The notes under the pieces were generated by a model. The model made no database searches, was not told the DNA's origin, and worked only from the letters and a program-made list of their open reading frames with translations. The translations under genes and the position numbers were made by a program. Positions 63,969-64,000 of a DNA stretch of 64,000 bases are shown piece by piece; position 1 is the first letter of the stretch, and each line of letters begins with the position of its first letter. Source of the stretch: Octopus sinensis. Its lineage: Eukaryota. The stretch is taken from contig NC_043002.1 of assembly GCF_006345805.1 (NCBI RefSeq), positions 26,846,001 to 26,910,000 on the forward strand, written 5' to 3'.

Positions 63969-63969
<1 letters not shown>
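62870..63969 (-). mobile_element. Mariner transposon, 5' TIR present, 3' end truncated
   Basis: TIR ttgggttgccaactaagttcccgcggtttt ends at 63969 next to TA. Transposase: LLFAFNQG...WYAK..., IVTGDEKW, KQDLHPRKTMLCVW, LLLHDNARPH, LAPTDFHLFRSLSNAM. The start codon appears mutated to ATA at about 63796. Confidence 0.93.

Positions 63970-64000
<31 letters not shown>

Overview
This is AT-rich eukaryotic DNA saturated with microsatellites and transposon fossils. The SINE families and repeat density suggest an octopus or other cephalopod genome (inference). No intact host protein-coding gene can be supported; most ORFs in the supplied track are (TA)n, (CA)n, (AAT)n or (TTC)n artefacts. DNA transposons: two TIR/TSD-bounded Chapaev3 (CMC) elements, three mariner remnants, a Tc1 5' half, a hAT fossil and a ~3 kb Helitron Rep-helicase fossil. 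Retroelements: a Gypsy gag-pol fragment, a CR1-type LINE, two R4/Dong-type LINE pieces next to (TAA)n, many tRNA-derived SINEs and several Penelope-like elements (PLEs). There is also a near-identical 1486-bp tandem duplication. Two systems stand out. (1) A PLE at 39.6-43.7 kb whose decayed single ORF reads hydrophobic leader + degenerate 2A-like NPGP, Ulp1/C48-like cysteine protease, RT, GIY-YIG, i.e. a polyprotein-like layout. (2) A tRNA-headed SINE-like repeat at 55.6-56.2 kb whose tail carries an apparently intact minimal hammerhead ribozyme, present as an inverted pair. Further hammerhead motifs of other families occur at 17.35, 18.3, 19.7, 51.0 and 51.15 kb. All alignments and translations were done by eye; no database searches were run.
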